Below, in pieces: positions 1-14,147 of a stretch of 64,000 nucleotides of DNA. This DNA is from Eledone cirrhosa (taxonomy: Eukaryota): assembly GCA_964016885.1 (NCBI GenBank), contig OZ024743.1:279806001-279870000 (forward strand), written 5' to 3'. The translations under genes were made by a program, and so were the position numbers. Numbering within the stretch: the first letter of the stretch is position 1; every line of letters starts with the position of its first letter. Under the pieces are notes generated by a model. It worked only from the letters and a program-made list of their open reading frames with translations, ran no database searches and had not been told where the DNA came from.

Positions 1-443
1 CTACTTCGACCTTTGTTCGTTGATTGACCGGACTTATTCCGCGTGCACGCGCGATCTGCTGAATACCTCAGTTAGTCAAAACGACGAACAGCAGAGGACA
101 CGTGCCGTTTCTCTCCGACAGATAACCCCCCCATCCCACCCGGAAAACCCCCCAGTTGATGGATGCGAATCCGAAATTTAAGGACAATTAAATCTCTCCC
201 AAGGTAACTCTATCTGGAGTTATTATTTTTATTTGTTACGCTCTTTCCTACGTTCCTCTACACACTATACATCTCATTCTACATTCCCTTACATCTCTCT
301 CTTCACCATCGGATCCTGTTACCCGGAGAATTACCCATCTGCATTGTTGAGGATTCAGAAACGACCAAAAGAAAATAAATCTTATTATCCACAATGCATC
401 AAGCCAATTTCAATACTCTGTTATATATATATATATATATATG

Positions 444-517
<74 letters not shown>

Positions 518-570
518 TATGCATGTATACGTACATACATATATGTATACAGACGTACAGTAGCATGCAC

Positions 571-601
<31 letters not shown>

Positions 602-806
602 CATATGCATACAGGTACACATACATATATGCACGTATCAGTTTAGCGGCGCTAACGTCGCTTTGTTCGTTTGTAAACAAACTGAACAGCCTGAATTTAT
701 GCCTGACCGATTTAACTCACTCAATATGCAAATTAGGCTGCTCAGCCGTTAATTTTCATAAGGAAAGTATATACTTTCGAACGTTCAACTATCTGGCAGA
801 TGGGTA

Positions 807-851
807 AACGGTGCTGATGATAGCTAACAAGCTTGAAACTAGTACATCGTT
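807..851 (+). ncRNA. Type I minimal hammerhead ribozyme
   Basis: AACGGTG-CTGATGA-tAGC taacaa GCTt-GAAA-CTAG-TA^CATCGTT: 7-bp stem I, palindromic stem III, predicted cleavage after 844. Confidence 0.9.
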
Positions 852-1274
852 CCTGTGTCAGTGTTGAACAAAAAGGTGACGTGGTTGCCTTAACACCGTA
901 TGGCATAAATTCAGGCTGTTCAGTTTGTTTACAAACGAACAAAGCGACGTTAGCGCCGCTAAACTGATACGTGCATATATGTATGTGTACCTGTATGCAT
1001 ATGTATATATATATGTATATATATATATATATATGTGCATGCTACTGTACGTCTGTATACATATATGTATGTACGTATACATGCATACTTACATTTAAGT
1101 AAGTGCCATACTAAGAGTGAGAAATGAAATTTCGTTTTCATTTTGTTTCAATTTATCGTTTTCGGTATGCCTGACCGATTTAACTCACTCAATATGCAAA
1201 TTAGGCTGCTCAGCCGTTAATTTTCATAAGGAAAGTATATACTTTCGAACGTTCAACTATCTAGCAGATGGGTA

Positions 1275-1319
1275 AACGGTGCTGATGATAGCTAACAAGC
1301 TTGAAACTAGTACATCGTT
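1275..1319 (+). ncRNA. Type I minimal hammerhead ribozyme (second tandem copy)
   Basis: Identical to 807-851, 468 nt downstream; predicted cleavage after 1312. Confidence 0.9.
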
Positions 1320-1471
1320 CCTGTGTCAGTGTTGAACAAAAAGGTGACGTGGTTGCCTTAACACCGTATGGCATAAATTCAGGCTGTTCAGTTTGTTTAC
1401 AAACGAACAAAGCGACGTTAGCGCCGCTAAACTGATACGTGCATATATGTATGTGTACCTGTATGCATATG

Positions 1472-1503
<32 letters not shown>

Positions 1504-1639
1504 TGTGCATGCTACTGTACGTCTGTATACATATATGTATGTACGTATACATGCATACTTACATTTAAGTAAGTGCCATACTAAGAGTGAGAAATGAAAT
1601 TTCGTTTTCATTTTGTTTCAATTTATATATATATATATG

Positions 1640-1840
1640 TAGGAAAATGTTTAATACCCCGACGGCAGAGTTCAAGCCGTTTCGACGGCTATTTCTGGAC
1701 TGCAATAGCCGTCGTCGAGACGGCTTGAGCTTTGCCGTCGGGGTATTGAAAATGTTCCTATTACCCACTCTATCACCCTAAGAATTGAGTACTCTGGTGC
1801 GTAATGGTCCACCTGGTTCCTTACCACAGTTCCTTCGTTA
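1640..1840 (+). mobile_element. Short fold-back element (family B, probable PLE pLTR tip)
   Basis: Imperfect palindrome 1640-1760 plus 3' tail with TTGAGTACT; homologs at 14817-15009 and 59553-59633; TA-flanked. Confidence 0.65.
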
Positions 1841-2208
1841 TATATATGTATGTATATATATATATATATATATATAAATGCGTGTGTGCGTGTGTGTGTG
1901 TGTGTTTAAATATATATATACATGTGTGTGTGTGTGTGTATGTATATATGTGTATATGTATATATATATACAGAGAGAGAGAGAGACAGAGAGAGAGAGA
2001 GAGAAGGGGGGGGGTATATAATAAATAGAATTGACTTGCACAAGACTAGAACTCTTTTATTCGTATGAAATCACTAACAGTTATATTCCTGTAGATGTCA
2101 TATATATATATATATATATTTGTGACATAAAGATTGCTATATTCTACCAGCGTATTGTAAATCTGTCTTAAATGGGGTCTTTCCCCATGCCCATCGGAAA
2201 TCCACCCA

Positions 2209-2239
<31 letters not shown>

Positions 2240-2240
2240 G

Positions 2241-2299
<59 letters not shown>

Positions 2300-2319
2300 T
2301 GGGGGAGATACATACAACA

Positions 2320-2365
<46 letters not shown>

Positions 2366-2508
2366 AGTGTGTGTGAGTGTGTGTGCGCGCGTGTGTGTGC
2401 GCGCGTGTGTGTGATTTGTTGTACTCAATATTGAGTAGTTAGCGTACAGTGCCTAGTAGTGTTGTTTTGCTGAATGCTATGCATATATCATTATTATGAT
2501 CGACATTA

Positions 2509-2995
2509 GGGCGGTGGATTGGCAGTATCGGAAGAGGGTTGGACGGCATGCTTTCTAGCATAGTTACCTCCCTTTACTGTCTAAGTTCAAATCCCGTCGA
2601 GGTTAACTTTGCCTTTCATCCTTATAAGGTCGATAAAATAAAAAGTACCAGTAATGCAGTGGGTATATTGCTGGCCTTGTGCCAAAAGTAGAAACAATTA
2701 TTATCATCGACATTATTAGTATGCAAGAAGTTAATGTTTTGTTGATAATATTTTGTACTGGCGGTGGATTGGCAGTATCCGTAGAGGGTCGAACGCCATG
2801 CTTTCCAGCATAGTTACGTCCCTTTACGATCTGAGTTCAAATCCCGCCGAGGTTGACTTTGCATTTCATCCTTACGGGGTCGATAAAATAAAGTACCAGT
2901 AATGCACTTGGTAATTACTGGCCTTGTGCCTAAAGTAGAAACAATTATTTTGTACTGGGTAATTGCTGGCCTTGTGCCAAAATTAGAAACAATTA
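2509..2995 (+). mobile_element. Two tandem tRNA-derived SINE copies
   Basis: GGCGGTGGATTGGCAG...GTTCAAATCCC (B-box-like)...GCCTTTCATCCTT.CGGGGTCGATAAAATAAAGTACCAG core (resembles the MetaSINE-type domain), repeated across the window. Confidence 0.8.
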
Positions 2996-3202
2996 TTTCC
3001 TATATTGCAATATTTCATATATTCTTTGTCCAAATATATATGTTTTATTATTTATCGTTTATTCTATATTCGTGGATTACTTGCTATTGTGTTTCATATA
3101 CTGTTTGGTCGTCTTCTAATGCATTTCTTTTATTCTGACACCTAGTTCTTATCTCAATTCCAACCTCTCTCTATCGTATCAAACTTGTATTACAAGAGTG
3201 AT

Positions 3203-3290
3203 CTTCTTCTTCTTCTTCTTCTTCTTCTTCTTCTTCTTCTTCTTCTTCTTCTTCTTCTTCTTCTTCTTCTTCTTCTTCTTCTTCTTCTTC
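3203..3290. repeat. (CTT)n microsatellite
   Basis: Direct read. Confidence 0.95.
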
Positions 3291-3782
3291 AGCTGAGTAG
3301 TAGTAGTAGTACTACTACTACTAGAGATACTACAGCTATGATTATTATTTTTTTATTGTTGTTTTGCTTTTGATTGTGCGTATTTCGCCTGAGTCAAGAA
3401 AACTGTTTTGTTTGAAAGTAACAATTTCTATTGTATGTAATTTGGTACCTGTAAACAAGACTCTTTAAAGAATTGGAAAAACCTTTAATTTCAGATATTC
3501 TGTGATAAACTTTCAAAGATAAATTTCGAAATTAAGTGTTTGGGGAGATTTGCAAAACAAAAACAAGACAATTTAAAAAAGAACTTAAACACACAAATAC
3601 GTACACATTCACACATGCAAATATGTGTATGTGAATATCTGTGTTTTTTTTTATATATATACAAAATACGCACTCACACGCAGGTATATATGTATATCCA
3701 TCTATTATTTATTTCTACTACCCCACTCTCTCGCTCTGTATATATATATATATATATATATATAAATATATACAAACATGTA

Positions 3783-3854
<72 letters not shown>

Positions 3855-3883
3855 TACATACACACATATATATATATACATAT

Positions 3884-4010
<127 letters not shown>

Positions 4011-4444
4011 AGGAGAGAGTGTTACGGGTAAAAAATGTGAAACATGATGTCGATATGATGACAATAATGACGATGAAAATGATTATATGTGTGACAATGA
4101 TGATGATGACGATGATGATAGTGATGTGATTGTGGTGATACAGCAGAGCATGGGGTGGGGGGTGAGGAAGTGGATAAAAAAAATCAGAATCAAAAGAAGT
4201 AAACTAAGAATGAGAATAATAATAATTATAATTATTATACTACCTTGGGATAAAACGAGTTTCGGTATACGTACGGATGGAAAATTCGTGTTTTATATTG
4301 ATTGTAGCAAGATTGTTGTGGAGTAAAGAAATATATACGACTCGAAACTGTGTTTAGCTATGACTATGCTTCTGTTTGTATGTAGATGTCTGCATGAATA
4401 TATTTTATGTTTTTACATCTCGTTGTTTGTCATGTTTATTCTTG

Positions 4445-4540
<96 letters not shown>

Positions 4541-6152
4541 TTCTCTCTCTCTCTGTCTCTCTCTCTAGCCCGTATAGGAATACAATTTGCTCTATATGAA
4601 CAGAGGGAAGAAAAATTAATATGACATATTTAAATAAATACATAAACAATATAATATAAAATTACATAAAATTATATTACAGCTCTCGTGTCGAGTGTAA
4701 GAAAAAGAATCATGAAACAATTACATATATAACACACGAAAGAAAAGCTGTGTCATAGTGTAGTGCAAAAATGTCGATTTGATTTTTCTTTTCATTTTCT
4801 ATTTCATATATTTATTTATTTTGTAGGTGTTGGTGTCTTTCGCTTTGTTTTTGCTATTAATTTTGATGTCTATATTTGTTATATGCCTATTGCTGTTTTT
4901 CTAAGATTTACTTCGCAAACAATATCCCGAACGCTAGCAAACAACAAGAGAAGATAAGGAGCTGTATCTATATAGTTATACTAACAATAACATCAACAAC
5001 TTCAACAACAACACTAACTACAACAGGAACATAATCATAAACATAAACAACTGCAATATTAACAACAAGCAGGAAATACGAATATAATCGTACCAGCACA
5101 ATTACTACAATCATAGTATTACCAACAACAGCAATTATTACAGTAACGATATCAACAACGATAATATTCACAACATTATTGATAATATTGATAATAGTAA
5201 GAGTAAAGATGGTCACTATAATGGTGATAATTGGTTCAATAAACGCAAATATTATTCCACACGAAACCACACAAGCACACGTGTGTGTAAAAAAGTAAAT
5301 ACAATATTTTTAAATATGAGAAATTGACAAATATTTTATTTACTTTCTTTTAGGTTATGTATTTATTTATTTTTATTGTTATTACCAATTATTAATTTGT
5401 TGTTGCTATTGAAGTTCACGATGCAAGTTTACCGTTCTGTAAGTGTTTAAATATTCTTTTGATATTTTACCTGTTTAGGGATTTGCTATTTCCTTTTTTC
5501 TGCGGTGTTATTTTGTGGAAGTGACCTTCAGTAAAGAGTAGTGGTAATTTCTTTATGTTGATCTCTGCTTGCCGATCTTTGTTTGTCTTTCTATTGCAGT
5601 TACCGGTCAAAACCGCGAGTAAATGGAGTAACAGGAAATGAGGCATTTGCCCAAGAACTGAACTTTCAACTATATGGTCATGATTCCAACATTCTAACAA
5701 CCAAGCCTCGTGTCTAATAACGGGAAGAATATTAACAATCAGGAGCTTGTCACTCGATCTTAATAGAAGCAAATCCAATTCGAAGGGCATCACGGAGAAT
5801 CAATAGGAAGACGGTCAATATATATTATTTGGTTTCTGGTTTGTGCCAGATCTCGAATTACAGGCAGGTTGACAAATTTCTTTTGTATCATGACAATTTA
5901 GGTTATGTAGTCTAGATACATTGTCAGTCAAATGACGATTTTGACATGCCTAGAATGTCATGGATCATGGATCATCGATCTGTGATATCCAGGATGAACA
6001 ACAAATACAGTAAACCATTACTATTTGTGAAGCTAGTAAATTGTTATTGAACACATGGTGGCCACTGAGCGATCAAACTGAAATCACAGATTTCCAGTTG
6101 AGACCAGTTATAGCCTAGACTACATTACCCAATATATATATATATATACTTT

Positions 6153-6248
<96 letters not shown>

Positions 6249-6429
6249 ACATATGTTATTTCTAAATTCCTACATTCCCATCTGCTCACACATTTATATG
6301 GAAGGGGTCCTGGGGATTGTTGTACTGGTTAATGCATTTTCTAGATAAATTATGTCTGAACAGACAGGCCAAGCTTTTTCCATTCAATCTGCTCGATATG
6401 GCCTGGCCTTGTGCTAAACAACAACAATA

Positions 6430-6488
<59 letters not shown>

Positions 6489-7199
6489 ACAATTCCCATT
6501 AGACATCAAAACAGTTTACCTTACTTTATAGTTCTAAAACTTAGGTTTTCAAGATTACGATCACATCCTTTCTTCTTCAGCCTAATGGATTTTTCAAAAA
6601 GTGCAATATCGCTCTGTATCTGTTATGATGCTTGACAACTGAACAAGGAAACAGTGTGTGAACAAAGACCCACAGAAGCTTCTATTAGACAGTAATACAT
6701 AATCGATGTAAGAAGTCCTACAAATGGATATGTGTACGCTTATATAGGTAAAGCACTAATATGAATGATGTAAAGACACACACAAGAAATATGACAAAAT
6801 ATGAGTTTCAGAAAAACTACTTGAATGCTATTTCTGAATGCAATCATTCATATGGACATATTATTACGAGTTCTTACTATTAAGTTAAGACTAGCGAATT
6901 AGGTAGATACAGGTGTTGGTTATTCATCGTATGAATTATTGAATAGTGATGTATTGTGTACTGAAATGAAAGGGTGATGTAAACAGAAATGGGAATCGGG
7001 AGAGGAGAGTTAAGAAGAAAGATGAGTATGCAATGTTATGATAAAGAACGAAAGCAGATAACAGCAGTGAGAACCGCTCAAGTAATAAACATTAAATAAT
7101 TAAATTCATATAAAGATTAGTAATACAATGACGATAATGAGGACAAGAATGGTGAAGAGGTTGATATATATACAATATATAATTTAGTTAGATACACTA

Positions 7200-7650
7200 T
7201 TCATGTATCTATCCTTTCGAAGTTGTGGTCTTTCGATTTGGAGAAGTAGCCACTCTACCTGGAGCACATTCCTGATCTCTGCAGTACGAACCCTATCGAG
7301 TAACATTTGCAGGAGCCCTATTTTAGTCCCTTCTATTCACTAGCATATTCTTTTGATCATTACTCAAGATTCATGACCATATAGACGAACACCCGAATTG
7401 AAATTAGCATGTTCGGCTTTTATATCTATTTCCCGTCTTTTGAAGAGTGTCGCATTTCATTCAACTTCCTCCTTTTACTCACTTGTGGAAATTTCCCCAA
7501 GATACTTAAACTTCCTCATTTCTTCAGTATCTCTCCACTCACATGTAGAGTGCAATGCGCAGGCTCTCTATAGGTGGCGTGTGTTTCAATCTTTGCTGCA
7601 CTGATCCCCATCTAGTTATATGCAGCTTGTGATTACCTAACGTCAAGAAA
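7200..7650 (-). pseudogene. Decayed RTE-clade LINE RT fragment (post-YADD region)
   Basis: Minus-strand translation gives ..ISAAKIE..CTLHVSGEIL..KFKYLG.. and LLLQIERPQLR; same family as 58090-58430. Confidence 0.6.
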
Positions 7651-7679
7651 ACACATAAAATTCACCAGCCAGCTCCATC

Positions 7680-8655
7680 TACAGGATAAGGTGGGAAATG
7701 CTAGCAGATGAAGTCAAAACCAAGTAAGCGGGCACTATTGTATCTAAATTCAAATAACTGCCTGAACAAAGTGAGGATTTTGAAACAGAGTGGAGATTGT
7801 TCAGCTTGGAGCGTTTTACTTCAGATCTTAAATGCAGGAGAAAGCAGCTCGGTATGACGTCGAGTGGCATGTGAATACTTTGATTTGAGCAGGAGATTAA
7901 CGTTGCCATCCCAGAAAAGAAGGCTTACAAATCTCATCTTGGAAATAAGTCTTCCTTATTGAAATCGCGATACAGGCAGGTGTGAAAGTTTGCAGCAAAA
8001 AACTGTACAAATTCGAAGGTTAAAACATGTAAACATTTTGGTGTTGAGCTGGAATCCGACATTATATCACCAAATAAAGTATTCAGGCAGACCATCTGTT
8101 GGCGTAATAAGAAGTCCCCACCCACGCATGTTTTCAGGAACTCATCTGTGGTTCTCTCTGTAGAGAGGTGCCTCCTCATGATGAAAACAGAATACTTTGC
8201 AGATCTTCCAAATCCGGTCACAACATCTTTTGATGTAAATGACAATCGGGGGTGACAAGCACAATTTATAGAGAAATAATCTTGGCAAACCTCCCTCGTC
8301 ACGCTTATGCTACGCATTTGACAAAAAGATGTAGGTTTATTGTTGAATCCCTGCTTGTTGATGGACAGTGTGGTTTTATCCTTGACATACTACAGCCGAC
8401 CAAATATTCACTCTATGGCATGTCTTCAAGGAGTCGTAGGATTATTGTCATGAGGGATATGCTTGTTTCGCTGATCTCAAAAAGGTACACGACCACGTTC
8501 TACAAATTATTATGGAAGTTTCTGCAGTATGAGATCGACGAAGAGCTTCCTGGCGCCATGAAGTCACTAAAACGAATGCCCTGTATTTGTGTTAACTTAA
8601 ATGTGCCCATGAGATTGCCCCCGTTTCTGTTCATAAACTTCATGAACAGGATATA
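7680..8655 (+). pseudogene. Decayed RTE-clade LINE RT fragment (N-terminal RT region)
   Basis: ..VDGQCGF.., ..PFLFINFMNRI motifs; many frameshifts. Confidence 0.55.
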
Positions 8656-9339
8656 TATGTTTGTGTGTGTATGTCTGCTTAGTTCAACGCTCGCTGGTAT
8701 TCGGCAGCAGAGAACGTTGTAAAAGTGGAACATCTTTCCGTGGTATTATTGATGAAATCATCATTAATAAAATATCAATTTTAAGTTACATAGAATCTGA
8801 CGTAATGTAAAATTGAAATATAAAGCCAAGGTAAAAGAAAGACACAAATATGAGCACTGGACGATTCGAAAATACGAGCATTGAAGTTTATAGAAAATAT
8901 AAATAACTTGTTAATATTGTCAGTCAATATTAATTGAATTTGATGTGAGATAGAACGCCTCATGGAAAGGAAAGACAGAGTGTGAAACAAAGGAGAGAAA
9001 TCAGGAGTGTAGAAATAAGATATCCTAATAGTATGAGATAAAGATTATTAGTCATAGAAGAAAAATGAGTCTCAATGCAACCGGAAGTGACAGGGGAGGA
9101 GTGGATGGTATAATTGTAAGCGTCTGTCTTGGAAAGTCAGTAACTTCAAAGGATATAGTCAGCATTAATAACAAATATACAAATATATTTCGGTATTGAG
9201 TAACTTTACTGCAGCATTTAGTACTTATTCTAAATAACACATGAATATTAATACACACACACACATACACACACACAAACCTATATATATATATGTATAT
9301 ATATATATGTATATATATATATATGTATATATATATATG

Positions 9340-9389
<50 letters not shown>

Positions 9390-9510
9390 AAGAAAGAGAG
9401 AGAGGGAGAGAGAGAAATAGGGTGATATGTGCGTGTGAGTGTATACGTCATTAACCTATATAATGACGCATATATATATATATATAACACACACACACAC
9501 ATACACACAT

Positions 9511-9541
<31 letters not shown>

Positions 9542-9696
9542 GAGAGAGATTTTGAGTATATGTTGGTTGTATACCAACACCTCAGTATGCAGGCTGGAGC
9601 ACTCGACGAAGTGCGCAGGTTGGTTTGGTTACTCCGGAGTAATGTAAAATAAAGTTAAATAAAAAGTCAAATGTTTAAAATTTAGCTTCGTTTATT

Positions 9697-9751
9697 ACTG
9701 CTATATATATTTCAGTGACAGCCATCTTTGTCTGTGACCTCTTCAGGCAGT
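9697..9751 (-). ncRNA. Type I hammerhead ribozyme
   Basis: Reverse-complement copy of 9856-9910 with one stem II change. Confidence 0.85.
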
Positions 9752-9855
9752 TTGAATTAGTGTGGTATAGACAAGTACATATGTTGTTGAGGTGTATCAT
9801 TTTGTCAATACTCTGATATGCCCAGTTCCTGGTTGGGTTGTTATTTCCCTGAGGA

Positions 9856-9910
9856 ACTGCCTGAAGAGGTCACAGCCAAAGATGGCTGTCACTGAAATAT
9901 ATATAGCAGT
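9856..9910 (+). ncRNA. Type I hammerhead ribozyme
   Basis: ACTGC-CTGAAGA-gGTCACAGCC aaagat GGCTGTCACt-GAAA-TATATA-TA^GCAGT, then AATAAA. Confidence 0.9.
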
Positions 9911-9955
9911 AATAAACGAAGCTAAATTTTAAACATTTGACTTTTTATTTAACTT

Positions 9956-10006
<51 letters not shown>

Positions 10007-10233
10007 TACAGAGACATAAGGCGAATATTGAAATATTCCACCACACATGTTCCACTTATTCAAGCAAAGACACATTAACCCTCCTGACGGTATAGATTTT
10101 ATTGACCAAATTAGCTTTTGAGTAATGTATTTGCTGAACATTCAGAGATTGGGGGAGAGGGAAAGGACTGAAGGCGAACAACAGCAAAAACAAACAAAAA
10201 AAGAGAAGTATTCATACTACTGCAACTATGACA

Positions 10234-10310
<77 letters not shown>

Positions 10311-10449
10311 TTTCTTTATTAACCACAAGGGTTTACATAAAGTAGACAATAAGGACAGTACAGGACAATACAGGACGGTACAAATGGGCATTTCTGCGTG
10401 TAAAAAAACAAAAACAGTGGATGTAACAAAAAAAATAACAATGAAAAAC

Positions 10450-10541
<92 letters not shown>

Positions 10542-10749
10542 GGGCGGGGGATTGGCAGTATCGGTAGATGGTCGGACGCCATGCTTTGACGCAAAGAGTT
10601 ACGGCCCTTACCATTCTGAGTTCAAATCCCGCCGAGGTTAACTTTGCCTTTCATCCTTACGGGGTCGATAAAATAAAGTACCAGTTATACACTGAGTCTT
10701 TGCTGGCCTTGTGTCAAAAGTAGAAACAATTATTATTACTATTATTATT

Positions 10750-10815
<66 letters not shown>
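10234..10815. repeat. (AAT)n, (TAT)n and (TTG)n microsatellites around a SINE copy at 10541-10735
   Basis: Direct read; SINE matches 2509-2700. Confidence 0.85.
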
Positions 10816-11459
10816 ATATGTTTGCGTGTGTGTATATACAACAATAACCAAAAATATGCAAACTGTCGAAAAAATAGCAAAATATATACAAAAAGAAAAG
10901 GGATCAAGAAAAGAAAAAATAACTAGGTAGATCACATAAAAATGTGGATTTATTGGATAAAAGATAATTCAATGTGTTGTGTTAGAAACATGGGAAAGCA
11001 GAAGGGGGGCGGGTAAGAAGTGTTGAATTTAGAAACGCCATTTTGCATGCTTGGATTGATTTGCAGTGGATGAGTGCCACATACTCCACAAGAAAAAAAT
11101 ATGAATATATAAATAATTAATAATTCTAATAAATATATAAATAATTCCAATAAATTGGAAAACTATGTCCATTAGGTTTGTAGCCGGGATTTATTGCTTG
11201 GATCATTAACTGCAATCGAACAGAGTATATATATTATTATCGATTAGAAAATACAAGTGTGTAGCAAACAAAAACATATATTAATAAATGAAATAGAATA
11301 TAAGAAAATACGGAAAAATAAAAAGGTTATCTTCTGCTGAAACTTAAGTGTTCGAACTGGTTAACGCTACCAGAATTGATGTAGTTGACAATCTGATAAA
11401 GAAGGTATTGATTCTCAGAATTAGTACTGAGGGTGAAGCAATCTATTTATATGTGTGAG

Positions 11460-11491
<32 letters not shown>

Positions 11492-11492
<1 letters not shown>

Positions 11493-12060
11493 ATGTCGGG
11501 TCACTCTTGAGTACTACTGGTAACATGTAACCCAGTACAACATGTCGCATGGTCGGGTCGTCGGCGACTCAACTGGCAACTCCACCAAGTTTACTTGGTG
11601 AGGAGGTGATTTTGGACACCCGGCAGGACAAAACACAAGACCTGACAAAGGGCGGAAGAACTCATAAGAGTCATCGGCCATCCCAAAAGTGTGTAAATAT
11701 GTATATACACACGTACATATGCATGCATATGTATATGTGTATATGCATGGGTGCATGTGTATATATATGCGCGGGGACATAGAAATAGTCGGGCTGGACA
11801 CCCGATCGTGCGGTTAAACCACTGGGAGTGAAGGAACCCTAGACTTTGTCAGGGCATTCTTCTAGGAGAAGGCAACTCAGGAAACTGCTATAACTCCGAT
11901 ATAAAACCTGCAGCTGAGTAGTTACCGATGATGTTGATCTTTTCTTGTTTTCTTGTTTTCGGGTTATAGCTACTGTCGCTCAGAGAGTGGGATTGACTCA
12001 GTGTCCAGTCTTTCCTCACTTTAAAAAATATCTTCACGCACAGGCATTGCACGATAGAAT
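11492..12060 (+). mobile_element. Interspersed repeat, possibly LINE 5'UTR-derived
   Basis: GC-richer block; its 3' part resembles 46940-47060. Confidence 0.35.
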
Positions 12061-12134
12061 GAATTAATAATTATTAATAATGGTATATCGTGCAATGGCC
12101 ATACTCGATAATGAAGGGTCAGCCATCATGTATA

Positions 12135-12265
<131 letters not shown>

Positions 12266-12290
12266 ATGTATGTATATATATATATGTATG

Positions 12291-12380
<90 letters not shown>

Positions 12381-12420
12381 CATATGTATATATATATACA
12401 TATATATACATAATACATAT

Positions 12421-13997
12421 GATGGATTCCCAGCAGTCCTCTTAAAAACATGTAAGTGGGCCTTAGCAACTTCACTTAAGATGCTCTACAGAAGCTCCTT
12501 GGCTAGCGGTATACTACCCAGGGAGCTGAAAGAAGGCACAATATGCCCTATCCATAAAGGAGGTAGCAGAGCGGAGGCCAAAAACTATAGGCCAGTCTCC
12601 CTGACGTCACATATCAGTAAGGTCATGGAGCGAGTCGTCAGAAAGAAACTGATCACTTTCCTCGAGGAAAATGACCGCCTGACTAGCACGCAGCATAGCT
12701 TCCGCCCAGGAAGAAGCTGCCTTACACAACTACTACATCACTACGACAAGTTACTGAAACAACTGCTAGACAGCTCACATGTGGACGTGATATATCTTGA
12801 CTTTGCGAAGGCCTTTGAGAAGGTCGACCACGTAATAATATGTCACAAACTACACGGACTCGGCATAACTGGGAAAGTATGTGAGTGGCTGCCTGACTTC
12901 CTAAAGGACAGAAGCCAGACAGTCGCAGCAAACGGGGCCCTCTCAAAGGAAACACCAATAACAAGTGGGGTACCCCAGGGTACAGTTCTGGGACCACTAC
13001 TGTTTTTGGTGGCTCTCTCAGACATGCCCTATGTAGTACATACAACAACATCCTTCACTAGCTATGCTGATGACACTAAGGTAACACAGGCAATCAACAG
13101 TACCACTGACGCTGCTTTTTTACAACAAGATCTGGAGGCCATATACAAATGGGCAGAAGAAAACAATATGCAGTTTAATGCTGGCAAATTCCAAGCCCTA
13201 CAATACAAACCTGCAAACACAAATAGAGTACAACACAAGTACGCAGGACCAGGAGGGACCGATATCCCCGTGTCAAAATCGATACGAGCCCTGGGTATAG
13301 ACATGAGCGATGTTGCATCTTTTTCCTCACATATCATGAAAGTGGCGACAATATGCAGACGCCTGGCTGGCTGGATCTTGAGGACTTTCCGGACAAGAGA
13401 CCAAGACACCATGTTGACACTATGGAGGACATTTGTCCTAAGCCGCCTGGACTATTGCTCCCAGTTGTGGTCACCCCATAGTGTCGAACTAATCACGGAG
13501 CTCGAGGCAATCCAGCGAAGCTACACCAAGAGGATTACCACGATGAAGGAGATGAGCTACTGGGAGAGGCTAAAAGAACTGAACCTCTAATCCTTGGAAC
13601 GAAGACGGGAGAGATACGCATTGAGAGCTGGGCCAACCGTCGAACAGGACGTCACTGTGTGGTGCGAAAGGTCCCGTCTTCCACATCTAGAATATCAGAT
13701 ATTGCAATAGCCTGGAATTCAAGGGCCCTCAATACTTCAAGAAGCTGCCGAGGGATCTGAGAGATCTGCATGGTGTAGAGGTGGATGTCTTCAAGAAACA
13801 TCTCGGTACCTTGCTATCCAGGATCCCGGATGAACCCACAGCAAGGCACGAGGGAAACCTAAGGGCAGCAGCAACAAACTCCCTCTTACACCAGTGGCCA
13901 ACCAATACAGGCTGGAGATAAAATGTGTAGCAACAAGGGCGGTGCCCCAGCATGGCCTCAGCCAGATGGCTGGAACAGGTAAAAGAGTAAAAGAGTA
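12421..13997 (+). mobile_element. 5'-truncated CR1/L2-group LINE (reverse transcriptase, open 12421-13590)
   Basis: [59 protein letters not shown]; tail (TAAAAGAG)n; inserted in (TA)n. Confidence 0.9.
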
Positions 13998-14018
13998 TAT
14001 ATATATATATGTATATAT

Positions 14019-14061
<43 letters not shown>

Positions 14062-14068
14062 TCTTTTA

Positions 14069-14147
<79 letters not shown>

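Larger units (their letters stand above)
514..1625 (+). mobile_element. Non-autonomous PLE/retrozyme-like element: inverted 5' arm (514-703) plus two tandem ~468-nt HHR-containing units, inserted in (TA)n
   Basis: Direct repeat 698-1166 vs 1166-1625. 514-703 is the reverse complement of ~900-1091, with TATGCC microhomology at 698-703. No real ORF. Flanked by TA tracts. Confidence 0.85.
9560..9962. mobile_element. Head-to-head fold-back of a PLE pLTR tip with two HHRs
   Basis: Inverted arms ~9646-9752 / 9855-9962; longer left arm carries TCGAGTGCT on the minus strand (9598-9606); TA-flanked. Confidence 0.8.

Noticed and set aside
290-420. Possible HHR remnant (ggatcct..aggattc-a-GAAACG) before a TA tract
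   Set aside because: CUGANGA core absent and cleavage triplet not recognisable
11495-11580. Possible HDV-like ribozyme at a repeat 5' end
   Set aside because: P1 and P2 candidates exist, but P3/P1.1 could not be formed
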